Assembly (NCBI RefSeq): GCF_018350175.1
Contig: NC_058368.1
Coordinates: 110,610,001-110,674,000 of the forward strand
Length of the DNA: 64,000 nt
Source: Felis catus
Lineage: Eukaryota
Reading direction: 5' to 3'
Both the position numbers and the translations under genes were made by a program. Position 1 is the stretch's first letter; every line of letters starts with the position of its first letter. The notes below the pieces were generated by a model, which was not told where the DNA came from, searched no databases, and saw only the letters and a program-made list of their open reading frames with translations. Below are positions 37,872-49,920 of this stretch, piece by piece.

Positions 37872-38607
37872 ACGACATCTGCTGGGGGCAGTAAACCTTG
37901 GTGCCAGGTTTTTGCTCCACTTTACCATAAACTCCCACTGCTGCACAGTCATGCAAACTGGCACCAGCCACAACATGGTAAGACCCTCTCCCACAGGATC
38001 AGCATGGGTCTGCATGTGCCAGTTCCTTAAAACTTGGAGTCTGGAGTTTTGAAACCCAGCTGGACACCCAAGATAAAACACAGCACTCTGCTTCCTGGCA
38101 GACAGCTCAGACACAGACAGGGTGAAGTCAGGGATCTGACTGAAGCCAGGACAAAAGAGGGATGAATGTTTGCTCTTCTATGAAGGCTTCCTGAAGAGTG
38201 GCAGGATGCAAATTCCCCACTCCAAGGAGGAGAGAACAGGCAACACCATTCCCCCCACCCCGCGATCCCCTATCAGCACTGACCAACTTCAGTGTGCATC
38301 ATAGCACCACCCAGTGTATGCCTGAGGTGCTTACACCAAGCCCCATCCCCCTGCACCCTGCAGATGCATCTCCACAGGGCAAGCCCACCCAAGAACCAGA
38401 GCACCAGGCCCCTCCCGCAGAAGACCAGCACAAACTCCTCTCACACACACCTAGTCTACTGATCATAGAGTGCTACAAAGCTTTAGCTCTAGAGGAAATA
38501 GGATCTAGCTTCTTTTTTTTTCCTATTTCCTTTTTTTTTCCTATTGACCTCTTGTCAATATAGCCATTACTCTCAGGAGAAGGAATATAACAGGCTTTCC
38601 CTAAAAA

Positions 38608-38608
<1 letters not shown>

Positions 38609-38654
<46 letters not shown>
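38609..38654. repeat. (CA)n microsatellite
   Basis: Direct read, ~23 units. Confidence 0.95.
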
Positions 38655-38656
<2 letters not shown>

Positions 38657-38662
38657 GACTTA

Positions 38663-38856
38663 GGGGCTCTTGGGTGACTCAGTCAGTTGAGTGTCCACTT
38701 TGGCTATGGTCATGATCTCCTGGTTAATGAGTTAGAGCCCCATATCAGGCTGTCTACTGTCAGTACAGAGCCTGCTTCAGATCTTCTGTGCCCCCCTCTC
38801 TCTCTGCCATTTGCTTGCTTGCTCACTCTCTCAAAAATAAATTAACATTAAAAAAA
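38663..38856 (+). mobile_element. Can-SINE
   Basis: TSD agtgacttag. Confidence 0.88.
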
Positions 38857-38872
38857 TAGTGACTTAGACAAA

Positions 38873-39757
38873 ATGACAAGACCAAGGAATTCATCCCAAA
38901 AGAAAGAACAGGAAGAAGTCACAGCCAGAGGTTTAATAAAAACAGATATTAGTAAGATGTCTGAACCAGAATGTAAAACAACAATTATAAGGATACAAGC
39001 CGGGCTTGAGAAAAGCACAAAAGGCACTAGAGAATCCCTTATCCCTTACTGCAGAGTTAAAAAGAACTAAAAATTAGCCAGGCTGAAATTAAAAGTGCTA
39101 TAACTAAGATGCAACCCAACTGGATGCCATGACAATGAGGATGAACAAAGCAGAGGAAAAAATCAGTGATACAGAAGATAAAATTATGGAAAATAATGAA
39201 GCTGAAAAGAAGAGGGAAACAAAGGTAATGGATCACAAATACAGACTTAGGGAACTCAGTGATACCTTAAAGCATGTAACATTCATATCAGTAGTCCCAA
39301 AAGAAAAAGAGAGAGAAAATGGGGCAGAAGGTCTAATTGAGCAAATGATAGCTGAAAACTCCTCTAATCTGGCAAGGAAACAGACACTGAAATCCACGAA
39401 GCACAGAGAATTCCCATTAAATTCAACAAAAGCCAGCCATCACCAAGACATATCATAGTCAAATTCATGAAATACACAGACAAGGAAAGAATCCTGAAAG
39501 CAGTAAGGGAAAAATGTCCTACACCTACAAGAGAAGACAGGTTCACAGCAGATCTGTCCACAGAAACTTGGCAGGACAGAAGGGAGCGCCATGATATATT
39601 CAACAGGTTGAATGGGAAAAATATGCAGCCAAGAATACTTTATCCAGCAAGGCTGTCATTTAGAATAGAAGGAGAGATGAAGAGCTTCTCAGACAAATCA
39701 AATGCATTCATGACCACTAAACCATCCCTGCAAGAAATATTAAAGGGGACTCTTTGA
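38873..39757 (+). pseudogene. L1 ORF1p remnant (frameshifted)
   Basis: ORF fragments MTRPRNSSQKKEQEE, ..NNEAEKKRE.., ..RFTADLSTETWQ..MQPRILYPARLSFRIEGE..LQEILKG are typical L1 ORF1p. Confidence 0.9.
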
Positions 39758-39973
39758 GTGAGGAAAAAAGACCAAAAGCAACAAAGAGTAGAAAGGAACA
39801 GAGAACATCACCAGAAACACCAACTTTACAAGTAAAACAATGGCGCTAAATTCACATCTAACAAATAACTCTGAATGTAAATGGGCTAAATGGTCCAATC
39901 AAAAGGCACAGAATATCAGAATGGATTTTTTAAAAAGACCCATCTGTATGCTGCCTACAAGAGACTGATTTTA

Positions 39974-40191
39974 GGGGCGCCTGGGTGGCTCAGTCAGTTG
40001 AGTGGCTGACTTCAGCTCAGGTCATGATCTCACGGTCCGTGAGTTCAAGCCCCGCATCGGGCTCTGTGCTGACAGCTCAGAGCCTGGAGCCTGTTTCAGA
40101 TTCTGTGTCTCCCTCTCTCTGACCCTCCCCCATTCATGCTCTGTCTCTCTCTGCCTCAAAAATAAATAAATGTTAAAAAATTTTAAAAAAA
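39974..40191 (+). mobile_element. SINEC_Fc-type SINE in L1 ORF2
   Basis: TSD aagagactgatttta. Confidence 0.95.
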
Positions 40192-40308
40192 AGAGACTGA
40201 TTTTAGACCTAGAGACACCTGCAAATTGAGGGGATAGAGAACAATCTATCATGTTAATGGACATCAAAAGAAAGCCAGAGTAGCCATAATTATATCAGAC
40301 AAACTAGA

Positions 40309-40509
40309 TTTTTTTTTAACTTTATTTATTTTGAGGGAGAAAGTGCACTCAAGCAAGGAAGTGGCAGAGAGAGAAGGAAAGAGATAATCCCAAGCAGGCT
40401 CTGCACTGTGAGCGCAGAGCCCAACACAAGGCTTGGTCTCACAAATGATCGTGACCTGAGCCAAAATCAAAAGTCAGACACTCAACCAATTGAGCCACCC
40501 CGGCACCCC
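40309..40509 (-). mobile_element. Can-SINE in L1 ORF2
   Basis: Ends gagccaccccggcacccc. Confidence 0.88.
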
Positions 40510-40600
40510 TATATTTTAAAACAAAGACTGTAATAAGAGATGAAGAAGGGCACCATATCATAATTAATGGGTCTATCTATCAAGAAGTTCTAACAAAGAA

Positions 40601-40790
40601 GGGGGGTACTGGGTGGCTCAGTCAGTGAAGAGTCTAACTTCAGGTCATGATCTCATGATTCATGGATTCAAGCCCCACACTGGGTTCTGTGCTGACAGCT
40701 CGGAGCCTGGAGCTTGCTTTGGATTCTGTATCTCCTGTTCTCCCTACCCGCTCTGCCTCTCTTTCTCTCTCAAACAAACATTTTTTAAAA
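40601..40790 (+). mobile_element. Can-SINE in L1 ORF2
   Basis: Head gggtggctcagtcagtg; flanks tctaacaa. Confidence 0.85.
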
Positions 40791-42293
40791 ATCTAACAAC
40801 TGTAAATGTTTATGCCCCCAACTTGAAATAACCCAAATATATAAATCAATTGATAACAAACATAAAGAAACTCATTGACAATAATACAATAATAGGAGGG
40901 GACTTTAAAACTCCACTTACAACAAAATGGAAAGATCATCTAAGCAGAAAATCAATAAGGAAACAAAGGCTTTGAATGACACACTGGACTGGAGGGACTT
41001 AACAGATATATTCAGAACATTTTATCCTAAAACAGCAGAATACACATGCTTTTTGAGTGCACATGGAACACTCTCCAGAAGAGATCACATACTGGGTCAC
41101 AAATCAGCCCTCAACAAGTACAAAAAGATTGAGATCATGCCATACATATTTTCAGACCACAATGCTATGAAACTTGAGGTCAACCACAAGAAAAAATCTG
41201 GAAAGACCACAAAAAGAACGACCAATTAAAGAATGAATGGGTTAGCCAGGAAATTAAAGAAGAAATTGAAAAATACATGGAAACAAATGAAAATGAAAAC
41301 ACGAAAGTCCAAAACTTATGGGATGCAGCAAAGGCAGTCCTAAGAGGGAAGTATATTGCAACACAGGGCTACTTCAAGAAGCAAAAAAAGTCTCAAATAC
41401 ACAACCTAACCTTACATCTAAAGGCGCTAGAAAAGGAATAGCAAATAAAGCCGAAGCCAGCAGAAGAAGGGAAATAATAAAGACTGGAGCAGAAATAAGC
41501 AGTATAGAAACAAAGAAAACAAAACAAAACAAAAAACAATAGAACAGATCAACAAAACTAAGTGCTGGTTCTTTGAAAGAATAAACAAAATTGATAAACC
41601 CTTAGCCAGACTTATCAAAAAGAAAAGATAAAGGACCCAAATAGATAAAATCATGAATGAAAGAGGAGAGATCACAACCAACACCACAGAAACACAATTA
41701 TAAGAGAATATTATGAAAAATCATATGCCAACAAATTGAGCAATCTGGAAGAAATGGACAAATTTCTAGAAACATACAAACTACCATAACTAAAGCCGGC
41801 AGAAATAGAAAATTTGAACAGACCCATAAGCAGGAAAGAAATTGAATTGGTAATCAAAAATCTCCCAACAAACCAAAGTCCAGGGCAGGTGGCTTCCCAG
41901 GAGAATTCTACCAGACATTTAAAGAAGAGTTAATACCTATTCTTTTCAAACTGTTCCAAAAAATAAAAATCAAAGGAAAACTCCCAAGCTCATTCTACAA
42001 GGCCCACATTACCTTGATTCGAAAACCAAACAAAGAACCCACTATAAAGGAGAATTACTGGCCAATATTCCTAATGAACATGGATGCAAATATCCTCAAC
42101 AAGATACTAATACATTGAATCCAACAGTATATTAAAAGAATCATTCACCACAATCAAGTGGGATTTATTGCTGGGCTGCAGGGGTGGTTCAATATTCACA
42201 AATCAATCAATGTGATATATCATATTAATAGAAGAAAGGATAAGAACCAGATGATCCTCTCAACAGAGGCAGAAAAATACAGCAGCCATTCTA

Positions 42294-42337
<44 letters not shown>

Positions 42338-42829
42338 CAACAAAGCGGGATAAATGAAACAGACCTCAACATCATAAAGGCCGTAAACGAAAGACCCACA
42401 GCTAATATCATCCTCAATGGGGAAAAACTGAGAGATTTTCATCTACGGTCAGGAACAAGACAGGATGTCCAGTCTAACCATTGTTATTTAACATAGTCCT
42501 GGAAGCCTTAGCCTCAGCAATCAGACAACAAAAAGAAATCAAAGGCATTCAAATTGGCAAGGAAGAAGTCAAACTTTCACTATTTACAGATGACATAATA
42601 CTCTATGTAGAAGCCCTGAAAGACTCCACCAAAAAATTCCCAGAACTAATACATGAATTCAGCAGTTTCAGGATATAAAATCAATGTACAGAAATCTGTT
42701 GCATTTCTATATACCAGTGACAAAGCAGCAGAAAAGGAAATCAAGGAATCAGTCCCATGTACAACTGCACCAAAACCAGTAAGATACCTAGGAATAAACC
42801 TAACCAATGAGATAAAAGATCTGTACTCT

Positions 42830-43020
42830 GGGGGTGCCTAGATGGCTCAGCCGGTTAAGTGTCCGACTCTTGGTTTAGGCTCAGGTCATGATCCCATGGT
42901 TTTGAGCCCCGCATCCGCCTCTGTGCTGGCAGCTTGGATTCTGTTTGGGATTCTCAATCTCTCCCCTACTTGTGCTGTCTCTGTTTCTCTCAAAATAAAT
43001 AAATAGACTTTTAAAAAAAA
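42830..43020 (+). mobile_element. Can-SINE in L1 ORF2
   Basis: TSD aaaagatctg(t/a)actctg. Confidence 0.9.
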
Positions 43021-44156
43021 GATCTGAACTCTGAAAACTATAGAACACTTATGAAAGAAATTGACGAGGACACAAAGAAATGGAAAAGCATTCCATGCTC
43101 ATAGATTGTAAGAACAAACATTGTCAAAATGTCTATACTACCCAAAGCAATCTACACATTTAATGCAATCCTTCTCAAAACACCACCAACATTCTTCACA
43201 GAGCTTGAACAAATAAAAGACCCTAAATAGCCAAAGCAATCTTGAAAAAGAAAAGCAAAGCTGGAGGCACCATGATTCCAGACTTCAAGCTATATTGCAA
43301 AGCTATAGTCATCAAGATAGTATGGTACTGGCACAAAAAAAAGACACATAGATCAATGGAACAGAATAGAAAACCCAGAAATGGACCCACAACTGTATGG
43401 CCAACTCATCTTGGACAAAGCAGGAAAGAATATCCAATGGAAAAAGACCGTCTCTTCAACAAATGGCGCTGGGAAAACTGGATGGCAACATGAAGAATGA
43501 AACTGGACCACTTTCTTATACCATATACAAAAATAAATTCCAAATGGATGAAAGACTTAATTTGAGACAGGAAACCATCAAAATCCTAGAGGAGAACACA
43601 GGCATCAACCTCTTTGGCCTCTGCAGGAGCAACTTCTTACTACACACATTGCTGGAGGCAAGAGAAACAAAAGCAAAAATCAACTACTGGGACTTCATCA
43701 AGATAAAAACCTTCTGCACAGTGAAGGAAATAAACAAAAAAATTAAAACACAGCTTATGGTTTGGGAGAAGATATTTGCAGATGACATATCTGATAAAGG
43801 GTTAGTACCCAAAATTTACAAAGAATTCTTCAAACACCAAAAAAAAAAAAAAAAAAATCATCCAGTAAAGAAATGGGCAGAAGACATGAATAGACATCTT
43901 TCCAAAGAAGACATCCAGATGGCTAACAGACATATGAAAATATGCCCAACATCACTCATCATCAAGGAAATACAAATCAAAACCACAATGGGATATCACC
44001 TCATACCTGTCATAATGGCTAAAATTAACAATACAGGAAAAAACAGATGGTGAAGATGCAGAGAAAGGGGAATTCTCTTGCACTTTTGGTGGTAATACAA
44101 ACTGGTGCAGCCACTCTGCAAAACAGTATGGAGGTTTCTCAAAAAGTTAAAAATAG

Positions 44157-44318
44157 AGAGCACCTGGATGGCTCAGTCGGTTAAGCATCTGACTTCAGCT
44201 CAGGTCATGATCTCACAGCTGGTGAGTTCGAGTCCTGCATTGGGTGAGCTTGAGCCCTGCCTTGGATGAGCATAAGCCCCACTTCAGGTGAGCACAAGCC
44301 CCACTTTAGATGAGCCCC

Positions 44319-44349
<31 letters not shown>

Positions 44350-44455
44350 CCCCCACCACTCCCCTCCTCCCACCCCTCTGCCCCTCATGGGATTCCCTCT
44401 CTCTTTTTGCCCCTGGCTCATTTGTGCCCTCTCTCTCTCAAAAAAAAAAAAAAAA
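44157..44455 (+). mobile_element. Can-SINE variant with an internal 22-bp tandem array
   Basis: TSD agttaaaaataga; array at 44221-44323. Confidence 0.88.
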
Positions 44456-45545
44456 CAGTTAAAAATAGAACTACCCTACTACCTAGTAATTGTACTACTT
44501 GGTATTTACATACAAAAACACAGACTCAAAGGGATACATGCACCCCGATGTTTATAGCAGCACTATCAATAATAGCCAAACTATGGAAAGAGCCTAAATG
44601 TCCATCAACTGATGAATGGATAAAGAAGATATGGTATATATCCACACTGGAATATTACTCTTCCATTAAAAAGAATGAAATCTTGCCATTTGCAAAGACA
44701 TAGATGGAGCTAGAGTACATTATGCTAAGTGAAATAAGTCAGAGAAAGACAAATACCATATGATTTCACTCATATGTGGAATTTAAGAAACAAAACAGAT
44801 GAACATAGCAGAAGGAAAAAAGAGACAGGGAAGTAAACCATAAGAGACTCTTCACTATAGAGAACAAACTGAGGGGTGATGGAGGGTGGTTGGGGGTGGG
44901 CTAAAAGGGTGATGAGTATTAAGGAGGACACTTATTATGACGAGCAGTGGGTATTATATGTAAGTGATGAATCACAAAATTCTACTCCTGAAGCCAAGAT
45001 TACACTACATGTTAACTAACTAGAATTTAAATAAAAATTTAAAGCAACTTTATTTACTTAGTTACTTACTTACGACTATTAAAATGTAGTTTTTAAGCTC
45101 AATAGACTTGGGGCAAACAGGTATTTTGAATAATCAACACCTCTGAGACCATATGCCAAGTTTAAATGGCAAAATTGGCTCATTTATTGTGGGCACAGAG
45201 ATGACCTTGTAACCACTGGACACAGTATGCGTGTATGTGGAATGCCCCATACCCAGATGGTTGATACCTATTCTGTTTACTAAACTGTAAAGATCTGAAA
45301 ATTCCTCTTATTACTTTGCCATGACAAAATTACTTTTTATTCTTTTATTCATAAAAGTTGCTTCTATCATACATTAATAGGTATCAATTGAATGGATATT
45401 CTATCACTCCATAGCTTTACTATAAATAAAACAAGCATCTCTATTTATAAAACGCGCTATTTGACTCATTTGAGGTTTTTGTATATTTTTTTCTTTTTCC
45501 CTAATTGTGACAGCAGAGTCTTTTTTTTTTTAAATACTCTTTCTA

Positions 45546-45770
45546 GGGGCGCCTGGGTGGCACAGTCGGTTAAGCGTCCAACTTCAGCCAGGTCACGATC
45601 TCGCGGTCCGTGAGTTCGAGCCCCGCGTTGGGCTCTGGGCTGATGGCTCAGAGCCTGGAGCCTGTTTCCGATTCTGTGTCTCCCTCTCTCTCTCTGCCCC
45701 TCCCCCGTTCATGCTCTGTCTCTCTCTGTCCCAAAAATAAAAAATAAACGTTGAAAAATAAAAAAAAATT
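45546..45770 (+). mobile_element. Young SINEC_Fc-type SINE
   Basis: TSD taaatactctttcta; CpG-rich. Confidence 0.95.
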
Positions 45771-46170
45771 TAAATACTCTTTCTAAATAACCACAAACAA
45801 AAAGTAACACGTTTACCTGAGTCAAACCCATGGCTTTGTATTTATTAGGAATAAACTAGCTGAACTAAATATATTAAGACACGCACAATATGTATACAAT
45901 ATAAATACAAATAGATAGATAGATATGATTGTCAATATGTCTGCTAAATCTCTTTTATTCTGTTAAGATCATCCTTATCAGAAAAATAAAATAAATGACT
46001 AAATTCAAAAATTCATTCCTCTGATACACATTCTACCCCTAAATCCAGGAGGGGGGTGGGAACTAACATTTTTTATTCAATGTTTTTAAAAGTTTCAAAT
46101 TTAACTCTGGACAAATCATTTTAAAATAAAACTATGTAACACCAAAATAAATAAATAAACAAACCAACAA

Positions 46171-46825
46171 AACAAATGTTCACAAAGATGTGGAGTTGGA
46201 ACCCTCATACACTGGCTGTGGAAAAATGGGGCAGCTGTTATGGTAGTTTGGCAGTTCTTCAAAATGCTAAATATAACATTACCATATGACACAGCAATTT
46301 CACTCCTAGGTATATACCGAAAAGAACTGAAAACAAGGACCCAAATAGATATTTGTACGCCAATGTTAATTGCAGCAATATTCAAAAGAGCTGTAAGGTG
46401 ATATCAAGCTAAGTGTCCGCCAACAAATGAATGGGTACACAAAACGTGGTATATACATACAGTGGAATATTACTCATCTATAAATAAGAATGAAGTTCTG
46501 ACACATGCTACAACATGAAAACATTATGCTAAGTGAAATAAGCTAGACACGAAAGAATAAATATTGTATGGTTCCGTTTGTGAAATATCTAAGTAGGCAA
46601 ACTCATTGAGACATAAAGTAGATTAGAGATAATCAGGGGTAGTGGGGAGCAGTTATCGCTTAATGATGGCAGAGTTTCTGTTGGGATGATGAAAAAGTTT
46701 GGGAAACAATTAGTGGTGATGGTTGCACAACAGGGTGAATGTAATTAATGCCACTGAATTGTATCCTTAATGGCTAAAATGATAAATTTTCTATTTTGCC
46801 ATAGTTAAAAAGTTTGTCAAAAAAA
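46171..46825 (+). mobile_element. L1MB-like ORF2 C-terminus and 3' UTR
   Basis: ..gatgtggagttggaaccctcatacac.., ..gatgatgaaaaagttt..gtggtgatggttgcacaac..gccactgaattgta.. recalled as an L1MB 3' end. Confidence 0.8.
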
Positions 46826-46990
46826 TGAGAGCAAAAAGTAAATAATCCAATTATAATATAGGCAAAAGACTGTATAGAATGTAGGCATTTCACCTAAAAG
46901 GATATACAGATGACAAGTACATGAAAAGGTGTTCAACATTATTATCTATTAAGTAAATACTAATTAAAACCATAATAAGATATTACTACA

Positions 46991-47129
46991 GGGGTGCCTG
47001 GGAGGCTCGGTCAGTTGACCATCTGACTCTTGATTTAGGCTCAGGTCATGATTCCACGGTCGTGAAATTGAGCCCTGTGTTGGGCTCCATGCTGTGCTTG
47101 GCTCACACTTGTGCTTTCTCTCAAAACAA

Positions 47130-47176
<47 letters not shown>

Positions 47177-47177
47177 A
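46991..47177 (+). mobile_element. Internally deleted Can-SINE with (TAAA)n tail
   Basis: Head ggggtgcctgggaggctcggtcagtt; middle portion missing. Confidence 0.85.
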
Positions 47178-48135
47178 TGTTATCGAGGGAAATTGAGTAA
47201 AGGATACACAGAATATGAGCTTGGCTCACATTCATGCTCACTCTCTCTCTCTCTCTCTCTCTCTCTCAAAAAAACAATGTTATCAAGGGAAATTAGGTAA
47301 AGGAAACACAGGATCTCTATATTACTTCTTACATGCATATTAATCTACAATTATCTCAACATTTAAAGTTTAGCATTATATATATTTACATTGTATATTT
47401 AATATATTAATTATTAAGTATCAGTAAGTTATTAAAATACATCATTCATATATTTAATATCTGTAGAATATATATTAAATCCAGATACAGATATATGAGT
47501 ATATATCTAGAAACAATACAAATGTCCATCAGTAAGAGAGTGAATGAACAAATTGTGACCTAGTCATTCCACAAATACTACTCAGCAATAAAAAGCAATG
47601 GACTGCTGATAATGCCACAATAGGGGTGGATCTCAAGATACAAAAAAAGCATCATGTTGCCCAAAAGAAGTCAGACACAAGACAATGCATACTTCTTTTC
47701 CACCTATATGAAATTCTAGAACAAGCAGAACCATTCTGTGGTGATCAAAATCAGAATGTGGTTAGCTCTATTAAATGGGTAATAAAGAAGGGTATGGAAA
47801 GAGGCACTAGAGCACTTTCTGGGGTGATGGAAATACCGTATATGTTACTTGGGGTGGCAGTTACTCATATATACACAATCGCCAAACGATTAAACTGAAC
47901 ATTTAAAATCTGTGAATTTATGTATGTAAAGTATACAAATAAAACAGCTATAATTTCCTCAAAAAACTTCAAGAACTTCTGTTCATCAAAAGACACCCTT
48001 AAGAGACTGCCAAGGCAAGCCAGACATAGAGTAAGAAAATGGATTTGAATAACCAACTAAGGGCTCATGTCCAGAATAGAGAACTCCCACAAAACAGGAA
48101 AAAAGATGGATACTCCAATAGAAAAATAAGCAAGA

Positions 48136-48262
48136 GGGGTGCCTGGGTAGCTCAGTCGCTTAGGCGCCCGACTCTTGATTTTGGCTCAGGTCTTGATCTC
48201 ATGGTTCTTGAGATGAAGCCCCGTGTCAGGCTCTACGCTGACAGTACAGAGCCTGCTTGTGC

Positions 48263-48302
<40 letters not shown>

Positions 48303-48375
48303 GTCCCACTGCCCACTCTCGAGCTCTCCCTCCCTCTCTCCCTCCCTCAAAATAAATAAACATTTTTTTTTTAAT
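48136..48375 (+). mobile_element. Can-SINE (Fc2-like)
   Basis: Canonical head and long CT tract. Confidence 0.9.
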
Positions 48376-48422
48376 GAAGAAGAAGAGACTTGAATAAGCA
48401 CTTCATAAAACAGAACGTTCCA

Positions 48423-48579
48423 GGGGCACCTGAGTGACTCAGTTGGTTAAGTGTCCAACTTCGGCTCAGGTCATGATCTCACCGTTTGTGAGTTCGAGCC
48501 CCGCGTCGGGCTCTGTGCTGACAGCTTGGAGCCTGGAGCCTGCTCTCAAAAATGAACATTAAAAAAAAAAAAAAAAAAA
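48423..48579 (+). mobile_element. SINEC lacking the CT tract (copy A)
   Basis: gcctggagcctgct|ctcaaaaatgaacatt junction; TSD agaac(g/a)ttcca. Confidence 0.92.
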
Positions 48580-48643
48580 GAACATTCCAATAAACACATG
48601 AAAAAATTATTAATAAGACTAATCGTTAGAAAAATCCAAAGTT

Positions 48644-48795
48644 GGGGCACCTGGGTGGCTCAGTCGGTTAAGCATCCGACTTCGGCTCAGGTCATGATCT
48701 CACGGTCCGTGAGTTCGAGCCCCGCGTCGGGCTCTGTGCTGACAGCTTGGAGCCTGGAGCCTGCTCTCAAAAATGAACATTAAAAAAAAAAAAAA
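48644..48795 (+). mobile_element. Chimeric SINEC (different 5' half, 3' half identical to copy A)
   Basis: Same deletion junction and same downstream flank as copy A. Confidence 0.9.
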
Positions 48796-49764
48796 GAACA
48801 TTCCAATAAACACATGAAAAAAATATTAATAAGACTAATCATTAGAAAAATCCAAAGTCAAACCACAATGCGATACCACTACACATATCCACAGAATAGT
48901 TTAAATTAAGGACACTAACAACGCCAAGTGCTAGCAAGGATGTAGAGCAACAGGAAGCCTCACGCACTGCTAGGAGGAGTATAAATTGGTTCAATCACTC
49001 GAGAAAATTGTTTGGCATTAGCTGTTCATGTTGAAAATGTGCATTCAGCAAGTCAACTCCTAGGTATATCCCCATCAGAAATGCACACACTGCTGCAAGC
49101 AACAAAAGACACATATATGTACAAGAACATGGCTAACGGTGTCATCTGTAACAGTCTGAAAGTGGAAATAACTCAACCATCCATCGACAGTAGACTAGAA
49201 AAATATATTGCAGTATACTTCACAATAGAATACCATGCAGCAATGAAAATGAATGAACTAACATGATCAATCTCACCATCAGAACACAGGATGAAAGAAA
49301 TCAGTCCAAAAGAATATATACAATGTATGCTATGGGATTCCAATTATATAAAAATCCAAAACTGCCTAAATTATGGTGTTAAGGCATATGTACTTAGGTG
49401 ATGAATCCAAAAAGAAAAGCAAGGTAGTGATTGCCACAAAGGTCAAAATAATAGTTCCCTATGGGGACAGGAAAAGGATAGTTATGAGGAAGGGAGCGTG
49501 GGAGCTGGCAAAGGTTTATTTCTCTGTCTGGGCGATTAGCTACACAAGCATTTGCTTTGTAATAATTGGTTAAGCTGCACATCTGCCTGATGCATTTTCC
49601 TGTGGTATATTCTGTTATATTCATAATAAAAGCAATTTTAAATGAAAGAAAAAGAGAATACACCTAAATGTTTAGGGCCTAAGGGGACAGAAACTCTGGA
49701 TACTTTTTCTTCTTACTTCTCTGTAGCTGTCTGTTTTTCTCTAACAACAGGCAAATTAGTGATA

Positions 49765-49920
49765 AAGAACAAGGAGTCTGGAGTGTGACTTTATCTAAAT
49801 TCAAATCCCAGCTCTCCCTTATCAGCTACAGGACCTCAGGCAAGTCACTTAACTCTGTAGGCTTCTGTTTCCTTATCTGTGAAATGGGGGTAATAACAGT
49901 AAGTACCTTATTGGGCTGGT
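49765..49920 (+). mobile_element. MIR
   Basis: ttcaaatcccagctct..ggcaagtcacttaactctgtaggcttctgtttccttatctgtgaaatgggggtaataacagt. Confidence 0.8.

Larger units (their letters stand above)
39840..44786 (+). pseudogene. L1 ORF2p remnant (EN-RT-Cys), disrupted
   Basis: Fragments [91 protein letters not shown]. Confidence 0.92.
36986..45043 (+). mobile_element. Full-length, inactivated carnivore LINE-1 with 7 nested SINEs
   Basis: 5' start gggaggggggagttaagatggtggag; ORF1 remnants 38873-39757; ORF2 from ATG 39840 to ~44786 with EN, RT (SLFTDD) and C-terminal (CTPMFIAAL) segments; 3' end ..aactaactagaatttaaataaaaa. Multiple stops and frameshifts. Confidence 0.93.
46826..49650 (+). mobile_element. 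Cluster of old L1M (L1MC/MD/ME-like) 3' fragments with nested SINEs
   Basis: Several ORF2-end and 3' UTR motifs (aaaccacaatgcgataccactac, gcaaggatgtagagcaacagga, tactcagcaataaaaag), all on plus. Confidence 0.7.

Noticed and set aside
42299..42333. ~35-nt poly(A) run inside L1 ORF2
   Set aside because: Most simply an expansion of a short native A-run; no TSD or attached body indicating a separate insertion.
43397..44053. 218-aa ORF, the longest in the window
   Set aside because: Fragment of a dead L1 ORF2 with frameshifts and SINE insertions; not a domesticated gene on this evidence.
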